From NCBI GenBank assembly GCA_046704885.1, contig JBJKRB010000111.1:15003-79002 (forward strand): a stretch of DNA of 64,000 bases, read 5' to 3'. The DNA is from Thermoanaerobaculia bacterium (GTDB taxonomy: Bacteria; Acidobacteriota; Thermoanaerobaculia; Multivoradales; JBJKRB01). Shown one piece after another: positions 14,187 through 23,446 of the stretch (positions are counted from its first letter, which is position 1; the number at the start of each line of letters is the position of its first letter). Under the pieces are notes generated by a model that worked only from the letters and a program-made list of their open reading frames with translations, made no database searches and had not been told where the DNA came from. A program made the translations under genes and the position numbers.

Positions 14187-15545
14187 ATGAGCTGGACGAC
14201 CTTGGCGTTCCTGCTCGCCTACGCCACTCCCGTCGTCGTGGGGCTGCCCCTCCTTTCACGAAGGTCCTTCCCCGGTCTCGGCAGCTCCGCGAGAGTGGCG
14301 GGCGGATTTGCCATCGGCTCGATTCTCATGACCTGGTGGGCGACGACCCTTTCCTTGCTTGGGGTTCGCTGGTCTCTACTAACGATTGGGCTCCCACTCC
14401 TCTTCGCTTCCCTCTTGTGGGCATGGAAGTCGAGGAATCGGGTCTTCTCATCTTCCCTAGCCACTGGTCACCCGATCTTGTCGGCCACCTCCCTTGCCAC
14501 CGTTGGTCTGGCGGGGCTCTACCTCGCCCTGGCGCTGCTCGCGGGCGGCGCGACGTCCGTCGACCTCTTCTATTTCTGGGGTACCAAGACAGTCTACTTC
14601 CTGGCCTTCCACGGTTTCGATGCGACCGCCCTTTCCTGGCGCTACGCGCTCCACGCTCACAGCAACTACCCGCCCCTGCTTCCCGCTACGTTCGTCTGGG
14701 CGGCCCTGCTCTGCGGTCGTTTCTCTTGGTGGGGATCGGTCCTGTCGAGCACGATTTGGTGGCTGGCGGCGATTCCCCTTATCGCGGCCTTGCTGCGCCC
14801 TCGCCTCGGCCGCTCACCGAGCCTCGCGGTCGCCGCTTTTTGGGCCATGGCATTGGCGCTGAGCCTGGCCGCGTCCCGATCTGGAGGTAACGCGGAGGCC
14901 CCGCTCCTCCTTTTTGTCACGGTAGCAGGCGCCGGTGTGTTGGGGGAGACCGAAGCGTCCTCTCCCGGGCGCCGCTGGCTCATCGCTCTCGCCCTGGCCG
15001 GAGCCGTGGTGAGCAAGAACGAGGGGATGATCGAGGCCGCCCTCTTGGTCGGGGTGGCTCTTGCCACCGATCTGCTCGGTAAGAAGGCCCACCCCTGGCG
15101 GCGGGCGGCTGTGTTGTCCATCCCGCCTCTTCTCGCCTACGCTCCCTGGCTCGCCTTCGAGTTGGCGCACGGCATGCCCCTCTCCGACCCGGCCCGAGAG
15201 CCCCTCTTGCCCATCCACCTCTCTCACTGGTCCGAAGTCGGGAGCGCCGGTCTGCGCAACCTGGGCGCCGGCAGTTGGGGGCTGGCTTGGCTTCTGCCTT
15301 TGGTGATCGTGATTCTCCTGGCGCGGCGACTGACGTGGAAGAGAGTGCGGGCGGTACTACCCGGTCTTCTCTTCGTGGCCGGCATGTTCGCCTTTTACGC
15401 TTTCTACTACCTGCACTTCTCCGCCGATCCGACGCGCTTGATCGATTGGACGTTGCCGCGCATCTCGCAGCCGGCACTCTCGATTTGGATCCTCACCGCG
15501 GCTTGTTTGAGCGTTCCCGACGTTGACACTTCCTGGCAGCTATGA
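14187..15545 (+). CDS. Polytopic inner-membrane protein of unknown function (possibly GT-C-like)
   Basis: 452 aa with at least 10 hydrophobic helices rich in W/L/A. No catalytic motif was recognised. Confidence 0.65.
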   Translation: MSWTTLAFLLAYATPVVVGLPLLSRRSFPGLGSSARVAGGFAIGSILMTWWATTLSLLGVRWSLLTIGLPLLFASLLWAWKSRNRVFSSSLATGHPILSATSLATVGLAGLYLALALLAGGATSVDLFYFWGTKTVYFLAFHGFDATALSWRYALHAHSNYPPLLPATFVWAALLCGRFSWWGSVLSSTIWWLAAIPLIAALLRPRLGRSPSLAVAAFWAMALALSLAASRSGGNAEAPLLLFVTVAGAGVLGETEASSPGRRWLIALALAGAVVSKNEGMIEAALLVGVALATDLLGKKAHPWRRAAVLSIPPLLAYAPWLAFELAHGMPLSDPAREPLLPIHLSHWSEVGSAGLRNLGAGSWGLAWLLPLVIVILLARRLTWKRVRAVLPGLLFVAGMFAFYAFYYLHFSADPTRLIDWTLPRISQPALSIWILTAACLSVPDVDTSWQL

Positions 15546-15589
15546 CAGCATCGGCAAGCGTTCCAGCAAGGAACGACACGGTTCTTTGA

Positions 15590-15667
<78 letters not shown>

Positions 15668-15682
15668 ATTTCGCAGTATTTC

Positions 15683-15706
15683 CGAGCCGCGCACTTGCGC
15701 GGCTCG
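15683..15706 (+). terminator. Perfect 10-bp GC-rich hairpin downstream of tRNA-fMet (possible terminator or processing signal)
   Basis: The sequence CGAGCCGCGC-ACTT-GCGCGGCTCG forms the hairpin. No T-tract follows, so intrinsic-terminator status is uncertain. Confidence 0.35.
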
Positions 15707-15785
15707 TGGCGTCTCTGCGCCCCGGCGAGAGCAAAGGAATGGAAAGCGGGCCTGATAGAATAAGGCCAATGCTTTCTGGGAGGTA

Positions 15786-16028
15786 ATGATCATGAGCGAC
15801 GAGCCCGCCGACCCCGGGGCGAATCCAGCCCCAACCCTTTCGTTTATCCGCCATGAGCTGATGACTCCACTCAACCAAATCATCGGCTACAGCGAAATGT
15901 TGAAAGAGGATGCCCAAGACCAGGGCCTCGAGGAGATGGTCGCCGATCTTGACAAGGTGCACCAGGCGGCGCGCGAGCTAGTCAAGATGGTGCAGACCTA
16001 CTTGGCTTCTCTGCCGGCTGCCGATTGA
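15786..16028 (+). CDS. Stand-alone HisKA (DHp) domain protein with no ATPase domain
   Basis: 80 aa with an H-box ([24 protein letters not shown]) followed by a second helix (DLDKVHQAARELVKMVQTYL). A GGGAGG RBS lies upstream. The true start may be the second ATG at 15792. Confidence 0.7.
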   Translation: MIMSDEPADPGANPAPTLSFIRHELMTPLNQIIGYSEMLKEDAQDQGLEEMVADLDKVHQAARELVKMVQTYLASLPAAD

Positions 16029-16035
16029 GGTCTCC

Positions 16036-16764
16036 TTGAGCCAGATCGTGCCAACTCCAGCGACCCCTGAGGAGCGTCGAAGGCGCGCGCCGGGTAGCCC
16101 CCTGGCTTTCTTCCCGGCGCTGGTTCTGCTCGTTCTCAGCCTGGTTTCCGCGCTCCCCGCCGCCGCGACTGGACAAGAGAATGCGCCGTACCCCAGCTCG
16201 GTGTCGCAATGGCGGGCCCGGCGTCAAGCAAACGGTGCTTTCTCCCAGGGCCAGCTCAAAGAAGCGGCACCGATCTATCGCGGGCTGCTCGCTTCCATGA
16301 GCAAGACCGACGAGCACCGAGCCGAGGTGCTCTACAAACTGGCGATCATCCATCTCGCCGCGAAACCACCGCTGCACGACTCCTCGGCCGCTCTTGCCGA
16401 GCTCAACGAGCTCGCCAAGAGCTTTCCTCACTCCGACTACCAGGCGGAAGCTTCCGTCATCCTCGCGACATTGGCTCAAGTCGCCGACCAACGGGAGAAG
16501 GTCGCCGGACTCGAGAGCCACAACCGAAGCCTCGAGGTAGAGATCGCCAAAGTCAAGCAGAAGAGCGCCAGTGAGCTCCAGAGCCGGCGCGTCGGCGCCG
16601 AGCAAACGGAACGCCAACTGCGCGGCGAGATCGGCGCCCTCAAGAGGAAGCTGTCGGCCCTCCAAGATCAGCTCAAGAAGGAGCAGGCGGACCTCGCCAA
16701 GGCGCGCGCGGCGCTCCGCAAGGTAAGCGAGACGCTCGTCGGTGGAAAGAAGGGCGGAAACTAG
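16036..16764 (+). CDS. Exported TPR-like / coiled-coil protein
   Basis: 242 aa with a TTG start and a signal peptide (LVLLVLSLVSALPAAATG). The C-terminal half is a heptad-rich coiled-coil (LEVEIAKVKQK...LKRKLSALQDQLKKEQADLAKA). Confidence 0.6.
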   Translation: MSQIVPTPATPEERRRRAPGSPLAFFPALVLLVLSLVSALPAAATGQENAPYPSSVSQWRARRQANGAFSQGQLKEAAPIYRGLLASMSKTDEHRAEVLYKLAIIHLAAKPPLHDSSAALAELNELAKSFPHSDYQAEASVILATLAQVADQREKVAGLESHNRSLEVEIAKVKQKSASELQSRRVGAEQTERQLRGEIGALKRKLSALQDQLKKEQADLAKARAALRKVSETLVGGKKGGN

Positions 16765-16888
16765 GATCGCCGCGACTTCGGCCCCGCTTCGAGCTGGGGT
16801 CTGAGGCGAGAGCTTCCCCCTAGCCTCGCGGGCGAAGGCGCGAGAGCGGCAGCTCGACCAGCGGCCCGAGCCTCCAATCCACCGGCTC

Positions 16889-17260
16889 TCAGCCGTTCTT
16901 GCTTAGCTGGTTTTGGATCTTCTCGAGCAAGCGCGGCAGCTCGACCGGCTTGGTGTCGTAGTCGTCGCACCCAGCCTCAAGGGTCTTCTGGCGATCGTCC
17001 GACATCGCGTGTGCGGTCAGGGCGATCACCGGAATCGAAGAGGTCGCCGGATCGTCCTTGATCTTGCGCGTCGCCTGCCATCCATCGAGCACCGGCAAGC
17101 TCATGTCCATGAGAATGAGGTCGGGCTTGTCGCTTGTCGCCTTGTCCACGCCCTCTTGTCCATCCACGGCGACAACGACTTCGAAGCCCTTGCGCTGGAG
17201 CCGGCGCGAGAGCATGTCACGGTTCATCTCGTTATCTTCTACGAGCAAGATTTTCGCCAT
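16889..17260 (-). CDS. Single-domain response regulator (CheY-like receiver)
   Basis: 123 aa with the receiver signature residues: ILLVEDNEMNR, LILMDMSLP (phospho-Asp), ALTAH and DYDTKP (Lys). Confidence 0.95.
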   Translation of the reverse strand: MAKILLVEDNEMNRDMLSRRLQRKGFEVVVAVDGQEGVDKATSDKPDLILMDMSLPVLDGWQATRKIKDDPATSSIPVIALTAHAMSDDRQKTLEAGCDDYDTKPVELPRLLEKIQNQLSKNG

Positions 17261-17278
17261 GCCTTCTTCTCCATTTCG

Positions 17279-19741
17279 TCATTGACTCGCGCGCTTGCCT
17301 GGCTTCCCGGCGCAGGCGCGAACGAGCTCCGTAATTTGTTTAACCATCTGCTCCGGACTGTAGGCGGTCTTCTGCACCACTCGCTCCACGTTGCCGTTGA
17401 GGCGAGCGCGGTCCTCCGGGGTCAGGTCCTTCGCGGTTACCACGACGACCGGTACTGCCTGTTGATGCTCGAGTTTGTGGAAACGCTCAAGGAACTCGAA
17501 TCCGTCCATCTCCGGCATCATCAAGTCTAGAAGAACGACGTCGGGATCCTTGTCCTTCAGCTTGTCGAGGGCGTCGCGGCCATTCACGGCTTCGACCGTC
17601 TCCCAACCGATCTGTTGGACCGCGCGGCACAGAAGGCCGCGGGCCGTTGGGTCATCTTCGACCACGAGCGCCAGACACCCGGCCCCGTCCTTGCTCAAGC
17701 GGGCGAGCAGGCTTGCCAGCCTCTTTCGGTCGATCGGCTTGGTCAGGTACTCGGTGGCTCCCAACGCAATTCCCATTTCCCGATCATCCATCATGGTTAC
17801 CATCACCACCGGAATCTCAGCCGTATCGGGATCCTTCTTCAGTGCCTCGAGAACCGCCCAGCCATCCATCCCGGGCATTACGACATCGAGCGTGATGGCG
17901 GCTGGATGCAGGGCCCGCGCCTTTTCCAGGCCTTCCTCTCCTCCCTCCGCCATCGCCACCCGGTACCCCTCTCGCACCAGAATCCTCTGACCGAGCTCGC
18001 GCGCCGCCGGATCGTCGTCGATGACGAGAATCAAGGGGCCCTCACCCGCGGTCACCGCCGCCTCGATGGCCTGCGCTACGGCTCCGGCGGAGTCTTCCTC
18101 GACCTCGGCGGGCAGCTCGACGGTGAACGTCGATCCTTTGCCCTCCTCGCTCGAGACCTGAATGTCCCCTCCCATCATGCGGCAGAAGCGACGCGAGATC
18201 GCCAGGCCCAACCCAGTCCCGCCAAAGCGCCTGGTGGTCGAGGCATCCGCCTGGGTGAACTCTTCGAAGACCTTGCCGACCTGCTCCGCAGTCATCCCGA
18301 TCCCGGTATCGGAAATCTCGAACACCAGCCAGGGTCTGTCGTCCCGCAGGAGCCGGTGCACCGAGAGCGACACAACGCCATGATCGGTGAACTTCGAGGC
18401 GTTGCTCAAGAGGTTGAACAGGGTTTGACGAACCTTGGTCTGGTCGGCGTGCATCTCGCCCAGACCGTCGGGCACGTCTGACTCGAGACGATTCTCGTTG
18501 CGGTCGATCAGGGGTTGAATGGTGGTGATCACCTCATCGACGAGCTCCCCAGCATCGAAGGTCTCGAGGAAGAGCGTCATCTTCCCCGCTTCGATCTTCG
18601 AGAGATCCAGAATGTCATTGATCAGGGACAGGAGGTGCTTGCCAGCGGCTCTAATCTTCTTGAGATCGCCGACGAAATCGTCGAGCCCCATATCTCCGGC
18701 ATCCTCGAGGAGCATCTCGCTGTAGCCGATGATCGCGTTCATCGGGGTGCGCAGCTCGTGGCTCATATTGGCCAGAAACGTGCTCTTCGCCCGATTTGCC
18801 TCCTCCGCGACCTGCCGAGCCGCTTGCGCCGCCGCCGTCGTCCGCGCCAGCTCCTCCTCATGACGCTCCAACGCCGCGTTGGTCGAGATCAGGCGACTGC
18901 GAGTGGCCCCCAGTCTCTCCGCCATTTCGTTGAAGGCCTTCCCCAGCTGGCCGAGCTCGTCGGCGCCATGGCTGGGCACCCGGTGGCTCAGATTGCCGGC
19001 GGAGATCTCCGCGGCGCCCTTGCGCAAGGCGCTCAGCCCCTGGTTGAGCTGGCGCGAGAAGAGGTACGCCAGGGCCAGGGCCAGGAGCGCGGAGAGAACG
19101 AAGATCAGCGTGCTCCAGCGCGCTGTGAACCGCGCCACCTCGTAGGATCGAGAGGTGGCGGCCGTGATCCTCTCCTGCTCTTCCTTTTCCAGGTGGGATA
19201 GCGCTTCGAGGACCCTCTGGCTCAGCACCGCCACGCGCTGCCCAGCGGTGGTGGGGGGGTGCTTGGCCGGCGGCGCCACTTCCGGGCCACTCGTCGCTCC
19301 AGCCGTGGCGGCGTTCTCGGCCGTGGTCTCCGTACCCGGCGCAAGAGGAGGTTCCGCTGCCGCTGCCGACCAAGCCTTTGCGAGGTCGTCATAGAGGTGC
19401 GCGAAGCTCTCGAGTCGCGGCCGGTCTTGCTTGGCCGCGTGACGTATGAGTTGAGTAATCTCCTCCCGCGTCGCCGCGACATGCGCGGCGAAGGCGGTCC
19501 TCTGGTCGGCGCTGACGCTCCCGGCGTTGGTCTTGAGCAGCGCGAGTACCGCGGCCTGTTTGATCCTCTTGTCGATCTGTTGCGCGATCCCGTTCAATCG
19601 CATTCGCTGATCGACCGCATGGGAGAGGTCGGAGATCGTCTGGTCGCGACGGGCCGAGCCCCAAAGAAAAAGGGCGAGATTTGCCGCGCAGAGAAACAGA
19701 ATGCCGGCCAGGGCAAGAGCCAGGCGCCGGCGGACCGTCAC
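17279..19741 (-). CDS. Hybrid sensor histidine kinase (TM sensor-HAMP-HisKA-HATPase_c-REC-REC)
   Basis: 820 aa with a GTG start and a GTGA overlap with the upstream gene stop. It has a HAMP domain ([16 protein letters not shown]), an H-box ([22 protein letters not shown]), N and G boxes ([24 protein letters not shown]) and two receiver domains. Confidence 0.95.
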   Translation of the reverse strand: MTVRRRLALALAGILFLCAANLALFLWGSARRDQTISDLSHAVDQRMRLNGIAQQIDKRIKQAAVLALLKTNAGSVSADQRTAFAAHVAATREEITQLIRHAAKQDRPRLESFAHLYDDLAKAWSAAAAEPPLAPGTETTAENAATAGATSGPEVAPPAKHPPTTAGQRVAVLSQRVLEALSHLEKEEQERITAATSRSYEVARFTARWSTLIFVLSALLALALAYLFSRQLNQGLSALRKGAAEISAGNLSHRVPSHGADELGQLGKAFNEMAERLGATRSRLISTNAALERHEEELARTTAAAQAARQVAEEANRAKSTFLANMSHELRTPMNAIIGYSEMLLEDAGDMGLDDFVGDLKKIRAAGKHLLSLINDILDLSKIEAGKMTLFLETFDAGELVDEVITTIQPLIDRNENRLESDVPDGLGEMHADQTKVRQTLFNLLSNASKFTDHGVVSLSVHRLLRDDRPWLVFEISDTGIGMTAEQVGKVFEEFTQADASTTRRFGGTGLGLAISRRFCRMMGGDIQVSSEEGKGSTFTVELPAEVEEDSAGAVAQAIEAAVTAGEGPLILVIDDDPAARELGQRILVREGYRVAMAEGGEEGLEKARALHPAAITLDVVMPGMDGWAVLEALKKDPDTAEIPVVMVTMMDDREMGIALGATEYLTKPIDRKRLASLLARLSKDGAGCLALVVEDDPTARGLLCRAVQQIGWETVEAVNGRDALDKLKDKDPDVVLLDLMMPEMDGFEFLERFHKLEHQQAVPVVVVTAKDLTPEDRARLNGNVERVVQKTAYSPEQMVKQITELVRACAGKPGKRASQ

Positions 19742-21441
19742 GGCGCGGCCTCCGGCGGCTGCGCAGGCACGAGCTTCGCGATACGCGCTTCGACCTGCGG
19801 GGGCAAGGAAGTGAAGTGGATGATGGCGTTACCTTCCTCGGCCGCGCGACGGCCGAGAACCTTGGCATAGAAGTCGGCTCCCTCCGCGCCATCCGATTCC
19901 CCGTCACCGCTGAACCGCAAGCGCAGATTCGTCATCGCCGGCGGTAGGTTCGGGCCGGCAATCTCCGCCTCGCGGTGGGATAGGCGGGTGATCTCGCCCT
20001 TGTGAGCCTGCCCTGACGAATCCTTGCCACTGACGGTGAAGTACTCGACGGCCAGCCTCGGGGAGAGATCGCTCATCGAATCCTCGACTCGCCTCAGCTC
20101 GAGCCCCGCTTCTGGAATTCCGCCCACTTCATAGAGAGTGATCGGCGCCCCAACGCCCTTGGGCTGGACCTCGATCGTTCCGTCGACGCGGACCTTGTCA
20201 CCGACGGACTCGATGGTTTGCGCGGAGGCGAGAATCTGCCCGCCGACCGTATAGGACTCGATCCGCGAGGTGAGGTTGACGTTGCTCCCCACGACGCCGT
20301 ACTTGGTCCGCTTCTCCGACCCGATGTTGCCGACCACAACGTCGCCCGTGTTGATCCCGACGCCCATCTGCACCTCGGGCAATTCCGCCTCGCGATTCAT
20401 CCGATTGACGTCGGCGATGGCGAGCTCCATCTTCAGGGCGCACTCGAGCGCGGCGCGCGCATGATCGGGCCGGGGAACGGGAGCGCCGAAGAGGACCAGG
20501 ATGCCGTCGCCCTGGAACTCGTCGACCGTGCCCCCTGCCTCCCCGATGACGTCAGCCATCGTGCCGAGGTAGTTGTTAAGCATGGCGACAACCTGCTCAG
20601 GCCGCAGGCGTTCGGAGAGCGAGGTGAAGCCTCGGAGGTCGGCCATCAAGATGGAGATATTCCGCTTCTCTCCTCCGAGCTTGAGACCGTCTGGATTCTC
20701 CAACAGGCTGGCCACCACTTGATCGGTGATGTAGCGCCCGAAAATCTGCCGAATCATGCTATTGCGAAGCTCGAGCTGGCGCGCCAGCAAGGCGCTTTGG
20801 CCTATCGCCCGCTTGAGCGCGATCTGCGCTTCGCTGCGCGCTCGCACGATGGCGAAGTCGATCGGCTTCGTCACATAGTCGTTCGCCCCCTTCTCCAAGG
20901 CCTGAACGACATCCTCGCTCTCGCTCTTCGCGGTGACCATGATGACCGGGAGCTCGCCTCGGCTGCGCGTCTTGCGCACCGTCTCCAACACCTCGAGACC
21001 ACTCATCCCGGGCATCATGACGTCCAGCAGAACCAGGTCGATCGGCGGCTCATCGGCGTCGATCTTCTTGAGAGCCGAGGGTCCGTCGGCGGCCATCTCG
21101 ACTTCGTAACCTTGCCGCTTGAGCCGGCGGGAGAGTACGTCCCGATTCATCTCGTTGTCGTCGACAACCAAGATGGTGGCCGCTTTCTCTTCCTCTTCTT
21201 CGGCTCCCTCTTCCTCGCTCAGGGCATCCGGTGATTCGAGCAGGCGGTCGATGAGATCGAGGATGCGCCGAGCGGCGCTCTCAATCTTCCCTAGATCGGT
21301 TGCATAGTCCGTCTGTCCGTCGCTGGTGAGCTCCTCTTGGAGAAGCTCGCTGTAGCCGATGATCTGGCTGATAAGCGTGCGCAGGTCGTGGCGCAGGCGA
21401 ACAACCGTGCCGAGACTCACGCCCGCCGCTCCCTTCGGCAC
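19738..21441 (-). CDS. HisKA-like(DHp)-REC-class III nucleotidyl cyclase fusion with PilZ-like C-terminal region
   Basis: 567 aa. It has an N-terminal H-box-like helix ([22 protein letters not shown]) with no ATPase, and a receiver ([11 protein letters not shown]...LLDVMMP...YVTKP). The cyclase core motifs are [23 protein letters not shown] and [12 protein letters not shown]. The last ~110 aa form an uncertain beta-rich domain. Confidence 0.9.
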   Translation of the reverse strand: MPKGAAGVSLGTVVRLRHDLRTLISQIIGYSELLQEELTSDGQTDYATDLGKIESAARRILDLIDRLLESPDALSEEEGAEEEEEKAATILVVDDNEMNRDVLSRRLKRQGYEVEMAADGPSALKKIDADEPPIDLVLLDVMMPGMSGLEVLETVRKTRSRGELPVIMVTAKSESEDVVQALEKGANDYVTKPIDFAIVRARSEAQIALKRAIGQSALLARQLELRNSMIRQIFGRYITDQVVASLLENPDGLKLGGEKRNISILMADLRGFTSLSERLRPEQVVAMLNNYLGTMADVIGEAGGTVDEFQGDGILVLFGAPVPRPDHARAALECALKMELAIADVNRMNREAELPEVQMGVGINTGDVVVGNIGSEKRTKYGVVGSNVNLTSRIESYTVGGQILASAQTIESVGDKVRVDGTIEVQPKGVGAPITLYEVGGIPEAGLELRRVEDSMSDLSPRLAVEYFTVSGKDSSGQAHKGEITRLSHREAEIAGPNLPPAMTNLRLRFSGDGESDGAEGADFYAKVLGRRAAEEGNAIIHFTSLPPQVEARIAKLVPAQPPEAAP

Positions 21442-21559
21442 CGGCCGCTTTCCCGACGACAGATCTTCGCGCCCAGCTTATCCATCATGATGGGACCACT
21501 CTCGTGGCAAGCTATCATAGCCCGTTAGCGCTGGTCGGGGCTCGAAGACACCTACCACG

Positions 21560-23434
21560 ATGGCAAATCGAGACGATGGCGGACACGACGATACTAGGGG
21601 GCGCGACTGGCGCCAGCGAGCGGTCTCAGCGAGCCAAGCCGTGGCCCTCGTTCAGCCCGGCGACCGGGTCTTCCTAGGATCCGCCTGCGCCACGCCGCGC
21701 GTGCTCATACGGGCTCTCGAAGAGAGCGACGAACCGCTCGCCGACGTCGAGCTCGTTCACTTCCTCACCGACGGCGCCGTGCCAGTATACGATGCGGGGC
21801 CGATTACTCGTTTCCGCCATCGAACGTTCTTCGTGGGGAGCGACATGCGCCCGCTGGTCGCCTCCGGCCAGGCGGACTACGTGCCCGTCTCTGCGCGCAG
21901 CGCCACCCAGCTGATTCGCCAAGGGAAGCAACCAGTCGATGTCGCCTTTCTCCAGGTGACACCTCCCGATGAGAATGGCCGCGTCAGCCTGGGGATCTCG
22001 GTAGACATGGCGTTGGCCGCAGTCGCGGCGGCGCGAAACATCGTCGCCGAGATCAATCCCAACATGCCGCGAACGAGCGGGGAATCGAGCTTCGACCTCG
22101 CGGCGATCGACCGCTTCGTCGTCGTCGACGAGCCGCTCATCGAATACCTCCACCCCGCCGCCGAGGAAGTTGCCGAGAAAATTGCGCGTTACGTCGCTCG
22201 TCTCATCGACGACGGGGCGACGCTGGCAATCGGCCTGGGCAGGATTCCGAACGAGATGCTCAAGTATTTGACGAATCGCCACGACTTGGGCATTCACTCG
22301 GACGTCATCACCGAACCCTTGGTCGATCTGATCGAGGCGAAGGTGGTCAGTGGGAAGCGCAAGGCCCTGCATCCGGGCAAGGTAGTGGCGAGCTACGCGA
22401 TGGGAACCCGGCGTCTCTATGATCTGATGAACGACAATCCCCTCTTCGAGCTGCGGCCAATCGACGAAGTATCCGATCCTGAGGTGATTGCCAGCAACAA
22501 CGGGATGGTGGCCGTAACCCAGGCCTTTGCGATCGACCTCACGGGTCAGGTCTGCGCCGACCAGTTCGAGGGCGAGTTCTACAGTGGCGTTTCGACGCAG
22601 AACGAGTTCCTGCGCGGAGCCTCCGCTTCTCCGGGTGGCAAGGCCATCGTCTGTCTCACCTCGACAACCGACGACGGCAAGGTTTCGCGGATCCGGCCCT
22701 TGCTCAAGGAGGGTGAAGGGGTGGCGGTCGCGCGCTCCGACGTCCACTTCGTGGTGACTGAGTATGGAAGCGCATACTTGTTCGGCCGCTCGATTCGGGA
22801 CCGCGCCCTCGCTCTGATCGAGATCTCCCACCCGGAATTTCGCCAAGAGTTGCTCGAGGATGCACGGCGACTGGGATACGTGAGCGCCGAGCAAACGCTC
22901 AAGAGCCGCCAAGCCTACCCGCAAGAGGAAGAGCGCGACGTGGGCCTCTCCGACGGCCAGGTCCTTCGCCTCCGGCCAACCCGGGCAAGCGACGTGCGTG
23001 CGTTTCAGCAGCTCTTCCATGACCTGCGCCCGGAAGACATCTACACGCGCTTCTTCACGAATTTGCGGTCCCTGTCGGAGAACAAGGCCCAGCACCTATG
23101 CAACGTCGACTACGAGAACGAGATGGCTTACGCCGCGGTAACCGGGGACATGGACAAGGAGGAGATGCTCGGAAGCTGCTGCTATTTCGCCGACCCCTCG
23201 ACCCGACTTGCCGACGTAGCCTTCATGATTCACCCCGACTATCAGGGCAAGGGTTTGGGAACCGTGCTCGTCCAGCAGTTGATGGAGTACGCCCGCCGGC
23301 AGGGCCTGCGGGGCTTCACCGCGGACGTCCTCAGCGAGAACAAGCCCATGCTCAGGGTCTTCGAGAAGAGCGGCGCAAAAATTGAGACCAAGCTGGAGTC
23401 TGGAGTCTTTGAGGTAACCCTCCTCTTCCAATAG
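21560..23434 (+). CDS. Acetyl-CoA hydrolase/transferase family domain fused to a C-terminal GNAT acetyltransferase
   Basis: 624 aa. The N-terminal ~440 aa resemble 4-hydroxybutyrate/acetyl-CoA CoA-transferases (GSACATPR, EINPNMPRT, VVTEYG). The C-terminal ~170 aa show a GNAT signature (IHPDYQGKGLGTVLVQQLMEYARRQG). Confidence 0.85.
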   Translation: MANRDDGGHDDTRGRDWRQRAVSASQAVALVQPGDRVFLGSACATPRVLIRALEESDEPLADVELVHFLTDGAVPVYDAGPITRFRHRTFFVGSDMRPLVASGQADYVPVSARSATQLIRQGKQPVDVAFLQVTPPDENGRVSLGISVDMALAAVAAARNIVAEINPNMPRTSGESSFDLAAIDRFVVVDEPLIEYLHPAAEEVAEKIARYVARLIDDGATLAIGLGRIPNEMLKYLTNRHDLGIHSDVITEPLVDLIEAKVVSGKRKALHPGKVVASYAMGTRRLYDLMNDNPLFELRPIDEVSDPEVIASNNGMVAVTQAFAIDLTGQVCADQFEGEFYSGVSTQNEFLRGASASPGGKAIVCLTSTTDDGKVSRIRPLLKEGEGVAVARSDVHFVVTEYGSAYLFGRSIRDRALALIEISHPEFRQELLEDARRLGYVSAEQTLKSRQAYPQEEERDVGLSDGQVLRLRPTRASDVRAFQQLFHDLRPEDIYTRFFTNLRSLSENKAQHLCNVDYENEMAYAAVTGDMDKEEMLGSCCYFADPSTRLADVAFMIHPDYQGKGLGTVLVQQLMEYARRQGLRGFTADVLSENKPMLRVFEKSGAKIETKLESGVFEVTLLFQ

Positions 23435-23446
23435 CATCCCGCTGTC

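Noticed and set aside
21505-21521. Sigma-54-like TGGCAA-N5 element in the divergent promoter region
   Set aside because: The downstream half (CATAG) does not match the TTGC(A/T) -12 element, and no bacterial enhancer-binding protein is encoded nearby.
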